NCBI GenBank assembly: GCA_001662655.1
Contig: KV460223.1
DNA: 64,000 bases
Origin: Pseudogymnoascus verrucosus
Taxonomy: Eukaryota
Direction: 5' to 3' (one strand)
In this document: one piece after another, positions 1 to 11,359 of the stretch
How positions within the stretch are numbered: the stretch's first letter is position 1
How the letters are laid out: each line of letters starts with the position of its first letter
The notes under the pieces: model-generated
Told to the model about the DNA's origin: nothing
The model's database searches: none
The model's input: only the letters and a program-made list of their open reading frames with translations
Position numbers and translations under genes: made by a program

Positions 1-406
1 CGACCCGATATATCTGGCCTGCCTAGAGTCGAAGTTCTCCAGGAAGTGTACGATTTTCTCCCACAACGGCAACAGTTCCTCAGGCGGGGTGTTGTTTTGA
101 GCCGATTTGGGGGCGCTTTGGACTTCGTTGACGCGGGCGAGAAGTGCAAACGCATACGGTATTGAATTCAGCGCCGGGTTGATAATCTGCACGAAGTCAG
201 TCAATAGCAGTGAATTAGAGCGGTGAGAGTCTAACATCGAGAATATCTTCACCCCCAGAAGTCTTCTGGAGAAGTGTCTTTGGGGCAAGCTTCTTGATAT
301 GTTTGATCTGCGACTTTATGGTCTCGTCATAGTGCTCGTCGGACAGAGGTTGAATGGGCGGCGGATGAACTGGAAAGGAAAGCAACGATGGAAGTAGTTT
401 ATCCAT
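1..406 (-). CDS. csn3: COP9 signalosome subunit 3, 5' part (runs off window start); exons 406-236 and 186-<1
   Basis: ATG at 406 (MDKLLPSLLSFP...TSGGEDILD). GT..AG intron 235-187 with CTGAC branch. Exon 2 reads IINPALNSIPYAFALLARV...WEKIVHFLENFDSRQARYIG, matching the recalled fungal CSN3 N-terminal motif FDxxQxRY. Confidence 0.75.
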
Positions 407-1015
407 TTCCGTCTGTAGGGCGAGTTACTGTCAAGCCGTGACGTTGTGAGGTCGATAAGTTGTGAGGTAAACGTCAGATTTGTGGTCCAGGCGCCCACGC
501 GATAGCTTCTTTAGCAAGACGCCTTACCTACCTTCAAGGTATTGCTTAGAGGAGAAGCTGAATAAAGATCCTGCAAGCACTACCAGTGTGCAAGAGGCGT
601 CAGAGACCGTGCTGCCAAAAGTGGATGAGTCCTCTGCCGTGAGCCGGAAAACTATGTACTGTGATAGCTATCGTGCTGTACTGTACCTTCAAGGCGGCGG
701 CACATGCGGGATGGTTGCGGAAGCATGGTTTTTCCGCGACGTCAGGTACCAATTGGATTGTATCTCGGATTGATCTCGGATTGTGTCTTTGAGTCAATCT
801 ATCTCTCACAAATGATTCTCAAAGAATTATAAATCAAGCAATCGAGCTTTTCCACCCTCAACTACAAACTTGCGATCAGTTGATTCCTCTATACCCTGAT
901 TCTATTTAGCGACGACATTGCCTCTCCCCCCCAGCCCACAGCAACAAAAGCTGTTCTCTCAAATTCGCCCCGCCATCTCGAAATCAAGTCCGAGCTTATT
1001 TATACCCCTCACTCA

Positions 1016-2469
1016 ATGTCTCTCTCCAACGCCCAACCCGTCGACGCCGGCAAGGCCGCCAAAATCGCCTCTCACACCCTCGCAACCCTCTCCTCGAGCG
1101 CCCGAAACGATGCGCTCACCGCAATCCACAGCGCCCTCTCCCAATCCAAGGACGAGATCCTGGCGGCGAATGCGCGCGACCTGACGGCCGCCAGGCAGGC
1201 GGCCGAGGACGGATCGCTGAGCGCGAGTATTGTGTCCAGGCTGGACCTGGGGAAACCGGGGAAGTGGGAGGATATGCTGAAGGGGATACTGGATGTGCGT
1301 GGGCTGGATGATCCAGGTAACTAAATGCTGTCCCTGCATTCAAATATGATATATGCTAAGAAATGCTTCTCATAGTTGGCAAGGTCACCCTCCGCACCCG
1401 CCTAGATGATGGCCTAGACCTCGAGAGAGTAACCTGCCCCATCGGCGTCCTCCTAATCATCTTCGAGGCCCGCCCCGAGGTCATCGCAAACATAGCCGCG
1501 CTGGCAATCAAGTCCGGCAACGCAGCCATCCTAAAAGGTACGCACGCCCCGTCCGACATCCCCCGAGACCCAAACTTACCAGACACTACAGGAGGCAAAG
1601 AATCCACCGAATCCTTCGTCGCCATCTCCACCGTAATTTCCAGCGCCCTCTCCTCCACAGCCGTCCCCAACGACGCCATCCAGCTCATCAAGACCCGCGA
1701 TGTGATCCCCCAACTCCTCGCGCTGGACCAGTACATCGACCTCGTCATCCCGCGCGGCTCCAACGAGCTGGTCCGCTTCGTCAAGTCGTCGACTAAGATC
1801 CCTGTCCTCGGCCACGCTGACGGGATCTGTTCCATCTTCCTCGAGCAGAGCGCCGACCAAGAACTAGCCACGAGAGTCATCGTCGATTCCAAAACCACCT
1901 ACCCCGCCGCATGCAACAGCGCCGAGACCCTCCTCGTCGAGTCAGCCGCCCTCGGTCTCCTCCCGAAAGTAGCGGAAGCACTGCTGGCCAAGGGTGTCGT
2001 CCTGCGCTGCGACGAGGAGAGTAAGAAAGTGCTCGACGAGAAGCTGCCCGCCAACGAGTCTATCCAGGCTTCCGAGCCCGTAGACTACGACACCGAGCAC
2101 TTATCCCTCAAGCTCGCCATCAAGACAGTCGACTCCACCGAGGCCGCAATAACGCACATTAACACACACGGCTCTCACCACACCGACGCGATCCTAACCT
2201 CCTCCTCCGAGCTAGCAGAGCGCTTCATGGCAGCCGTCGACTCAGCGGGTGTATTCTGGAACACCTCCACGCGGATGGCGGACGGTACGCGCGTCGGGTT
2301 CGGCACAGAGGTGGGCGTGAGCACGAATAAGATCCACGCGAGAGGACCCGTGGGACTCGAGGGGTTGATGATTTACAAGTACAAGCTGCGCGGGCAGGGC
2401 CAGATCACGGCCGAGTATGGGGAGGGTGAGAGCCAGAAGAAGTGGAAGCATGAGCAGTTGCCGATATAG
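1016..2469 (+). CDS. pro2: Gamma-glutamyl phosphate reductase (glutamate-5-semialdehyde dehydrogenase); exons 1016-1316, 1376-1537, 1592-2469
   Basis: Motifs CPIGVLLIIFEARP, KSGNAAILKGGKES (after splicing), DLVIPRGS, PVLGHADGIC, YPAACNSAET, GSHHTDAI, GFGTEVGVSTNKIHARGPVGLEGL. GT..AG introns 1317-1375 and 1538-1591 restore the frame. Confidence 0.95.
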
Positions 2470-2688
2470 ATGAGATAGAGGAAGGAAGAGAAGGACGGAT
2501 TGAAAATCAAAATGAGAGCGTATATAGATGATAAATGAAATGAAGAGAGAATTGAGAAAGAGGCGTGGGATTCCATTGCTGTTTCCACTATCCTATCTAT
2601 ACATGGCTTGACTCGTTAATCCCATATTCTACGTTAATACCCCTACCTCCCAAGAATCATAATAACAACTTAACCCGGCCTCCCAACC

Positions 2689-4911
2689 TTAATCCCGTCC
2701 CTTATAACTCCCCATCCGTTCAATCGACCCCATAATCCCACTCCGCCCCCCCAATCCACTCCCCGGCCTCATCCCCAGCCCACTCCCCGGTCTCATCCCC
2801 AACCCACTCCCCGGCCTCCCCTGCGCACCACTCCCACTCCTCGCCCTATCTCCCGCCGCCGCACCACCACCACCGCCGCCAGGGGGTCTAATCTTGCTCT
2901 CCCCCGCGCCACCAGCACTATAATTCGGCGCCCTCAACCCCGACGCCCTACTTATACTCCCCCTCAGATTCTCCACCCCGCTACTAACCGCCGGGCCCCT
3001 CGCCGCGCTCACCTCCTGCAACGCAAGCAGCTCATCACACGCCGCGACCAGCTCCCCCTTCTCAATCCTCTCCTGCTGCAGCTCCTCTCGCAACCCGGCG
3101 TTATCAGCCTTGAAACTCTGCACCTCCTGCGCCAGGCCCTCAAGGCGGGCTTCCAGCTCCCTCACGATCTGCGCATCCATCGCCGCATTCGCGCGCAGCT
3201 CCTCCGTCACGTCGTCAACAGGCATGCGCGGGACGACACCGCTCATCGTCGCGTCGCGACCGATTCTGAGATCCTCATTCTCGTGCGCGAGGTCCTCAAC
3301 CTTAGCCTCGAGCTCTTTAACCCTCCTATCCCACCTCCCCTCATAACTCTTCTTCAAAGCAGCGACCTTGGTCTCATGCTTACTCTTATACAGCGCATGC
3401 AACTCCCTCGCCACCTTCTCGACCGCAAACTCCACCTCGTGCGCCGCGCTCGCCCCCGCCGCCCTCTTCGCCGCGTCCTGGCCCGGTGATCCGGAGCCGG
3501 CGGCCGATTGTGCGGCGACGGCACGCATGCCCGCCATCTTCGACTCGGCCTCCTGCGCCATCCCCTCCGCCGCCTCGCGGCGCTTCTCGCTCTCGTCCAG
3601 CCGCCCCTCTAGATCCTCCCTCTCCCGCTCCGCATGCACAATCTCCTCCTTCACATTGCGCAGCACGCCCTCCATCTCCCGTCCCCTCTTCTCCCACGCC
3701 TCCTTCTCCGCCTCCAGCTGCTCGCGCGCCGAACGCTCGTCGCGGAGCATCTCCATCCCATCCCCCGCGCGCTTCTCCGCGTCGCCGATCGCGGATTTGA
3801 GGAAGACTACTTCGGCTTCCTTGCCCGAGAGCGAGGCTTTCAGACTGCTTATCTCGGAGAGGAGAGCGGATTTTAATCCCTCGAGCTCGCGCGGTGTGAC
3901 GGAGGGCATGCTCCGCGGGGTCGGGGCGGGGGGGATATCGAAGTCCAGGAGGTTCGACATGCGTGTTGAAGACGGGACTTGGAAGCTGCGGTGTTTGTTA
4001 GGGGAGGGGGTCCGCGCGCTACTGCTGCTGCTGCTGTTGGTGTAGGAGCTTTGATTCCTCAGCGGAGACTCGTAGCTGTGTCGCGCGGTGCTGAAGTTGT
4101 TGAACTGCTCCGTGAAATCGATGATATTCGTAGTGTCGTGCTGTTCGCGGCGCGGTGTCGGCGACGATTCGTCCTGGCGCATCGGCCGACGCAGCGTCGC
4201 GGGCGTGTAGGAGGAGGCGAGGTTGGGGGGCGCGCGCGAGGAAAGGGATTTGGTCGGCGTGTGCCCGATTTGTGCGTACATCGTCATGTCGGGGACGGCG
4301 GAGAAGGCGCTGAATGCCGTTTCGTCCGCGAACCCCTCGTCATCGCCGCCATTGCGCGTCAGGACCGTATCGTCGAAGCCCGATTCGGCATCGGCGTAGT
4401 CGTCGCCCGTGCCGTCGTCGCTGTCTTCGTCCTCGAGGATCTGGATGGCTTTCGTGAGGCCCTCGTTGTCGCGCAGCACGTCGTTGATGGTTAGGGTCGT
4501 CTCCTGGATTTGTCGGGGCGCAGGTTGAGGTTGGGACTGGGGCTGGGTTTCCTGCGTGGGCGAGAGCGCGATCTTGACGGGGAAGCGACGGTCTGGGGAG
4601 GATATCTTGCGCGGACTCCTTTGGGAGGGTGTGCTTGCGTCGGACTGGATCGAGCGGATCTTCAGCATCTTCAGGGGAGACACCACGCTATTTCGATTCG
4701 CGGGCGACGGCGACGGTGAGGCAGTCTCCTGCTTCGCGGGGGGGATGTTCTCGGACTGGCTGTTGCCGTTTGCCATGAAGGGCGAGCTGGGTGGCCCTTC
4801 AGACAGGTCCGCGTCAGGGTCTTGGTACATATTTGTTGACATGTGCTGTTTGAGCGGTGATGTCGACGTGTTCATTGCGGTGTTGGATTTCGCGGAGAGG
4901 GGTTGCGCCAT
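2689..4911 (-). CDS. Fungal TACC / Slk19-like (kinetochore/spindle) coiled-coil protein, 740 aa, intronless
   Basis: Long ORF with an S/P-rich disordered N-half carrying many S/T-P sites and a long coiled coil. Motif VEKVARELHALYKSKHETKVAALKKSYE resembles the Slk19/fungal TACC domain. C-terminal (RPGSGLGM/G)x3 repeat. Confidence 0.65.
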   Translation of the reverse strand: MAQPLSAKSNTAMNTSTSPLKQHMSTNMYQDPDADLSEGPPSSPFMANGNSQSENIPPAKQETASPSPSPANRNSVVSPLKMLKIRSIQSDASTPSQRSPRKISSPDRRFPVKIALSPTQETQPQSQPQPAPRQIQETTLTINDVLRDNEGLTKAIQILEDEDSDDGTGDDYADAESGFDDTVLTRNGGDDEGFADETAFSAFSAVPDMTMYAQIGHTPTKSLSSRAPPNLASSYTPATLRRPMRQDESSPTPRREQHDTTNIIDFTEQFNNFSTARHSYESPLRNQSSYTNSSSSSSARTPSPNKHRSFQVPSSTRMSNLLDFDIPPAPTPRSMPSVTPRELEGLKSALLSEISSLKASLSGKEAEVVFLKSAIGDAEKRAGDGMEMLRDERSAREQLEAEKEAWEKRGREMEGVLRNVKEEIVHAEREREDLEGRLDESEKRREAAEGMAQEAESKMAGMRAVAAQSAAGSGSPGQDAAKRAAGASAAHEVEFAVEKVARELHALYKSKHETKVAALKKSYEGRWDRRVKELEAKVEDLAHENEDLRIGRDATMSGVVPRMPVDDVTEELRANAAMDAQIVRELEARLEGLAQEVQSFKADNAGLREELQQERIEKGELVAACDELLALQEVSAARGPAVSSGVENLRGSISRASGLRAPNYSAGGAGESKIRPPGGGGGGAAAGDRARSGSGAQGRPGSGLGMRPGSGLGMRPGSGLGGRSGIMGSIERMGSYKGRD
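2735..2820 (-). repeat. 24-nt coding tandem repeat encoding RPGSGLG(M/G) x3
   Basis: Plus strand unit ~ccactccccggcctcatccccagc repeated; translation RPGSGLGMRPGSGLGMRPGSGLGG. Confidence 0.8.
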
Positions 4912-5384
4912 CCTCTGACTGCTGGCTTATCGGGGATATACAACTGTCTTTCGTCCCTTTTGCTGTGAATTTGCGCGTGTCACTTGGTGCTGGTAGCTTA
5001 CGCTGACTCCATGGGCAGCGGTCGCGGAGTGTGGTTATCGGTGAATAAAGTTGGGTTGTGTTGATGTGCCAAGTAGTCGCCCCGGTAACCGAGCCAAAAA
5101 AGACCAGAGCCGCCATCTTTCTCGACGGTTTAACAAACACTGACTTATTTAAGGCGCGACTAGTTTTACATGATCTCACCATGCAGCTTTGAATGTTTAA
5201 GAAATACTCTAATATAGTGGCTGTGCATCTCTCTCTTTTTTTACAGTAGCTATATGTGTCTGCCGCTATATCGGGAAAGAGTCCGTGAGTCTGTGTGTGT
5301 CTTGTCTTGTCTCGTCTGTTCCGCAGTTATCCGCGGCCGAAACCGAAACATTTTAAATGTGGACTGAGTGATGGACGAACGAAC

Positions 5385-5415
5385 CGCGAAAATCAGATCG
5401 TACTCTGATACGCGT
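5385..5415. promoter_or_regulatory. Candidate SCB-like (CGCGAAA 5385-5391) and MCB/StRE (ACGCGTAC 5410-5417) elements between the divergent TACC-like and stuA genes
   Basis: Exact motif matches about 480-500 bp upstream of the TACC-like ATG. The motifs are short, so chance occurrence is possible. Confidence 0.3.
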
Positions 5416-8400
5416 ACCTTGCTGGAAGGGGAGGCGGGCGGTGCAGTAGAGGTACAGCATCATGTGCTCTTTAGTACCGACAGACGCCTGATCCGCACTG
5501 GCAGTTGCTAGAGGATGTACGCTCATGCCAGTGATGCGTATCCGCGCATCTTACCGCTAAACTTCCCGCACCGTACCGTTGCAAGGGGAAAGCAAGTTAT
5601 ACCACAGCTACTGGTAAATCTGGTAGGAGCTACGGCTAGAGTACAGCTATAGTACAGCAATAGTACAGCCACACTACATCACGGCTACAGCTACAGCTTT
5701 ACAGCTTACAGACAGAGCCGCCGTCATCGCTCGGGATGTCTCGGCGGGGAATAATAACCTTGGTAATGTGTGCGTGCAGATGCAAGGCATACATTAGCAT
5801 TTGGAACAACAAGCGTTCAGCCAGGACGGGACGTCTGAGTTGGGGAGGTCGGGGAGGGAGGGGTGGTATGGTATGGGGGAGAAGGGGGAAGAGGAAGGGA
5901 GGGGGGTGGGAGTGGTTTGGTGGAAGGGTGGTCGGGGGGAGAGGGGGCGCGGAAGCGGGTGATGTTTCTGTGTGGTGCTGTATGTCTCTCATCGTCTGGG
6001 CCATGCATGCCTGTCTCCATGGCTCCATCTCGCACCGCAGCGCAGAGTAACAGAGCAAGCAGCGAAAGTATCCGGAGTACAGAGTTTTGAGGGAGAGCCT
6101 GTAAAGCCTGCCCTTGGAAGCGCAGGCTTTCAGTTCCTTGACACAGGGCTAGACTAGGTTGGGAAGGGGCAAGGTGGGGAGACAGAAGTGGGATTTGGGG
6201 CTAGGGTAGTTACGTGATGATCGGAAATGGCGGCGCAAGGAAAAGGAAAATCATGTCCCGCTGCAAGTAGCCGTCGCAAGCACAGAGGCTAGAGGAGTGT
6301 CCGTGGCAGGAACACAGCGATTTTTTTGTGGTTTTGTGGTTTTGTGGTTTTGTGCACGGTGTGGAGTATACATAGGACGCAGCATAGGACGGCATGTGCA
6401 TATTTTGTACATACAGACGAGAGCATAGTACAGACGTCTAGAGTAGAGATGATGTGCACTAATGCTGCTGTACAGAAGAGTCGAGACAGTTCAGACGAGA
6501 CGACTGGTCTCGGAGTGCATTTGCTGTAAAGAGCAGGTGGGAAGGTTTGGGGGAGGATCGGGATCAAGATCAAGATCAAGAACACACGATCTGGGGGCGT
6601 AGCTGAGTACTGGACTGGGTTAAGTCAAGGATTGGGTATGGGGAAAAGGTGAGTTGAGGAGTGTCTGATGGCCGATGGGCGGCCGGATAAGGGAGGACCG
6701 AAGTAACGAGGCTAGGAGGAGGAAGGAGCAAGGCAGAGTAGTTGAATTGCGACACGTATGAGCCGAGCACATGACAGGATAGGATAGGTAGAGAGAATAG
6801 TCAGTCTACTTAACAGGGCCAGTCAAAGTAAGTATAGGATAGAGTAGGATAGAGTAGAATATACATGTACTTTGGTATAGTAACTCATGGAAGTCGGCAG
6901 GGACAGAGAGACAGACAAGGCGAGACAAGGCAAGACAGAGAGACGAGAGAGAGGAGTGGAGAGTGGAGAGAGAGTGGAGAGGAGGAGAGAAAAGAGAGAC
7001 AGATAGGAACTGACAGACTGACAGACGACGATTGAGTGAGTGTGTATAAAAGGCACCCGTGTATAAATTGATGAGAGTAATCTGTAATACACATAGTACC
7101 ATCGTAGTACTCCTGAGAGAAAGTGTACAAGATGCATACATACAAACTCTAGGACTGTATTATACTGTGAGAGTTAGTAACTCTACGATGAGTATATTCA
7201 TATATTCCCCTCTATCTACTCTATTCCTCCCCCTCTCAACCTCCGTACTATGCAAAGTACCATGTATGTGCGTTGTGCGTTGTGCGCTGTGCGTTGTGCA
7301 TCTTCTATTAGTAGCTAGTTCCCGGAGTGCAGGTGCAGATGCCGCGCCGCGCAGCGCAGTGCAGTGCAGCCGTCCGTAGTCTGCCCGTAGAGCGATCCAA
7401 GCTTCTAGGGGACGCGCGCGATTTGATGGGAATGAAAAAGATGATGGATGGATGGGCGGACGGGGGGGTGGGCGGTAGGGGGGGTGGTAGGGTAGGGGGG
7501 GTGTGAGGTGTGTTGAGGTGACGAGGGGGAGGGATGAGGGGAACGAAGGGGAGTGGGTGTGGAAGTGACGGTGTGCGTTGTGCATGTATGTGTGTACTTA
7601 GTACTCTACTGTGGGGCGGGGGGTGGACGGAGGGACAGGGGGACATGGGTGGACGACGGGGGAAACGGGGGAAACGGGGGTTAGGGGAGAAGATGGGGGG
7701 GGCCGGGCGGCGGGTGGGGGAGCAGAGGAGGAACAGGATGAGAAGAGATAGAAAAGGCCAGCCACACAGCACATAGGACCACATAGGACCACAAATAACA
7801 GACCATCCAACGAGCACTAGAGAAAGTTGAGGGTTGAGGGTTGACGGAGGAGAGAGGAGTACTACTATAGGACTGGACTGGACTGACTAGATCACACACA
7901 CATCACCAGCTCACACACCCACCTCCCACCTCTCACCCACACACGCGCGAAGGGCCAGCGTATAGACGACCCAAAAAGAGTACGTACCCTACCTTGTGTG
8001 TGGTGTGTACTTATAATCGACCAATGACAGGCAACCACGTCTGTCCTGCCCGCTCCTCTCGGGGCCATCCTCAGTCTGGCTCTGTCTGGCTATGTCTGGC
8101 TCTGTCTGGCCTATCTGCCCTGTGTCTGGCTGGAAGGGAAAGTCTGATCTGTATGGAGTAAGAAACAAAAAAAAAATACAGTACTCAGTACTCCAGTACT
8201 CCCCTTCCGGTATATGGAGTCGGGGAGGGGGGGGGGAAGAAAAAGAGAAACGAGGAAACGAGGAGACGACTAAACGACTAAACGTGTACTATGATGGGCA
8301 TCTGGCCGGGTATCTATCTGTCAAACCCTGCCACGGAGCACACCAGGCCTGCCCTGCCTTTCTATTCCTTGCCTTCAATCGCACGACTCGTACGACTCGT

Positions 8401-11096
8401 CTGGTACGGTCCGAAGAGCGCGATAGATCATAGATGGGCTGGTACCTCCAAGTGCTTTGTGTTGTGTTGTGTTGTGTCGTGTTGTCTAGTTGACAGATAC
8501 AGATACAGATAGATGGACACAGATACAGCAGGCACGGAGATCTGTGCCTCGCAGTCACGTTCACACGCACACACACACACATACATACACACGTACACAT
8601 ACGCACACTCTCACACATACACTCAAAAACTAAACTGCCATACATCGTTCCCTTAGATTACCATAGTTTCTCTATCTACTCTGCCACTCTACCGCTCTAC
8701 TCTCCCTTACTCAGCTTCAGCCTCTCAGCCTCCCGCGCTTCGCTTCTCATGTTGGCACTCTCCTCTCCACTCCTCTGCCCTCCCATCCATCACCTCACCC
8801 TCCCCCCTCCCCTCACCTACCCGCTGCCTCCCCCAGCCCCTCCAATTGCCAATGGCCCCCCTTCGTTGGACGCCGATCGACCCCTTGTCAGTTTCTTATA
8901 GCCACGCCACACACACACAGCCGACCGCGACCGCGCCAAAGGTACTCACTCTACCCTACCAGCCTGTACCTGCTCGACTGCCAAAAGTACCGCGCTAAAA
9001 CTAAAAAGATACCCTGGCGCCAGTAAGTGTACTACCCATACTACCCTCTCCTCTGCCCCCCATCCCACTCTGCCCCAACCGCCAATCACGCACGGTCAGA
9101 CCCTCTATTCTCAACCATACCGGCGCTAAAAACAGAGCAGGGCATCTCGTCGTCAAAAGTACGATGAAGGGTACTCCGCCTACAACCGTCGGCTGTTCTC
9201 ACACCCCCCCCCAGCCAGCCAGCCCAGCTTCAACCTTCCCAACCCCCATCGAGTCTTCTCCGCCCACCACCAACACCACCAGTGCCAGCCATCATCTTCA
9301 TCCACCCACTCCCACTTACATTCCCACCACCACCACCAAATACTCACCACAAACACTCTACTATAATCTGCTCTTTCTGCCCTTTTACCCTTAACAACAC
9401 AACACAACACCACTAACTAACTCGCTTAGTCATCATCAAGGTAAACGAAACCCTTCGCTTCCCCCACCATCTAACCAATTGACACCATACAACCAACAAC
9501 ACGAACTGTGAACTGTAAAAAAGGACTCAAATTCTTATTCTTAATCCCACACCCCCCATCCCATCATATCCCTTCCCCTGCCCCTTCCAATCGTGGCTTG
9601 TGTAGGTGTAGAGTAGAGTATACATAGTATTCTACTTTTGTACTGTACTCTCTCTACCTACACCCTCCTACCCTAACTACTCTACTAACTCTAGTAACTT
9701 TACTAAAACTACTCTACCCTACCTCTGCTACTACTACCACTACTACCAACCTCCTCTCTCCTCGTCTCTTCCTCCTCCTCCCGCTCACCACCCCCCCCCC
9801 CCCCCCAAATCCCTACCAACCCACCCCCCCCACTCCTCTAATCCTCCCAAAACCCTGCCTAGGTCCTTGCACCTCTGATCCGCGTGCTGTACAGCACTCT
9901 TGCCGTAGCGAGGACAGCTCTACTCCCTCTCCACCTACCTCCACTCCCCGCCCAACCACTCACAATTCCCGAAATCTGCTGTCGCTAATGCTCCTCCTCC
10001 TCCCTGCTATGACCTGTATACTTACTAAGGTAAACCTCCACACCCCGATACTACATCCAACATCCACTTGCATTTGCATCTTCAACCTCTTCTTCAAAAC
10101 TCTTTCTTAACCTCCTCCTCTCCATAACCTCCTCCTCCCTCCCTCTACCCTCTTCCCCTTCCCCCCTCTCCCCGCGTCGTCTCCCTCCGTCGCCAAATCG
10201 AATTCTATTCCCCCATCGCTGTATCTATCTGGTGAGGTGTTGGCCCCGATCAGGTACGTCTTAGGCAAATCTCCATCTCGGCTGCTGTCGCCAATTCTCC
10301 TCGCGTCTTTGTCCTCCCAGTCTCACCCTCAAGACATACATTGCGCGTGCATTCGACGGCCGCTGACACTTTTTTTCTTATGTTAGAAAGTGGTGGAGGA
10401 CATTGTCATCTTCACACTTCAAATATTCTTCAAGGAGCTCTACGAGCCTCCAGGTGGTACTACTGCTACTACGCCGCTGCTACTACTGTTGCCGCTGCTT
10501 GGCTCTCTTACTACGTTCACGCCCAAACGACCTTAACGACCTTACGAGCTCTTCCTCGGCCACATAAACGCCTACGCGCCCCAGGACCCTCGCCGCCAAA
10601 ATATTCACGTCCCAGACTGCCTCAATTGGCAAGAGTACAGCAGCTTCCCTCTCCCCCCCCCAACGACTCTTAACGAACTCTACGATATACACGTTCTGCT
10701 CATTGAATATTCCCCCGCATTAACGAATACCAACTTGCGATATCCATCTTCTTTTACCCTGCAGCGAGCATAGAAGCATCATCACAACTCCCCCGCACGT
10801 TCCCACAAAAACTTTACCACATAGTTCTTTTCTGCAGCCTTCTTCCCCAAGTTGGCTCTAAGCTGTGCTCGTCCACTTCCTGCAAACGACGCCAAGTTTG
10901 TCACGTAAACATACCCTTCCCGCCTATACGCACTTTGCACCTGCGTTTTCAATCGCCAACGGATCGCGCGTCTCTTTACCTATATCAGGACCCAGCCCTA
11001 CCGAAAAGCTGGATCTCCCGTCTCTCTCCCACGCCTCAACCCGGGGACCGAGCAACATTCCGTCCTACAGCCTGCAGTCTTATCAGCGGCCGTCGC

Positions 11097-11237
11097 ATGT
11101 GAATGAGAGGTTGCCGTCGTTGCCATTGCCACAGCCGCAAGTGGCCTATTCGTCCAGTGCCTCATCCCCTCGGTTTGGCTCCATCTCGTCAGCATACACC
11201 AACAGTACCGCAGACACGTCGTACTCAGTTGAGTTAA
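11097..11237 (+). promoter_or_regulatory. Upstream ORFs in the stuA leader: start-stop ATG-TGA (11097-11102) immediately followed by a 44-codon uORF (11103-11237)
   Basis: Sequence reads gc ATG TGA ATG AGA GGT TGC ... AGT TAA. Both are out of frame with stuA, and the longer one ends 122 nt before the main AUG. Confidence 0.5.
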
Positions 11238-11359
11238 ACGGCGCGAAATCCCAATCTCCCACTCTGCCAGCTAGTGGAGGCCTCCAAACTCTGTCGCATC
11301 AGACACCAGCGAGCAATTCTGCCACTGGATATCAGTACAGCCCAGAGTCATACAACAAT

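Noticed and set aside
6102..6130. 9-bp hairpin AAAGCCTGC...GCAGGCTTT
   Set aside because: A single short inverted repeat is expected by chance in 64 kb; it has no TSD or associated element.
5699..10692. Many 60-170 aa ORFs in the stuA upstream region
   Set aside because: They translate microsatellite or low-complexity tracts, show no domain motifs and mostly have non-AUG starts.
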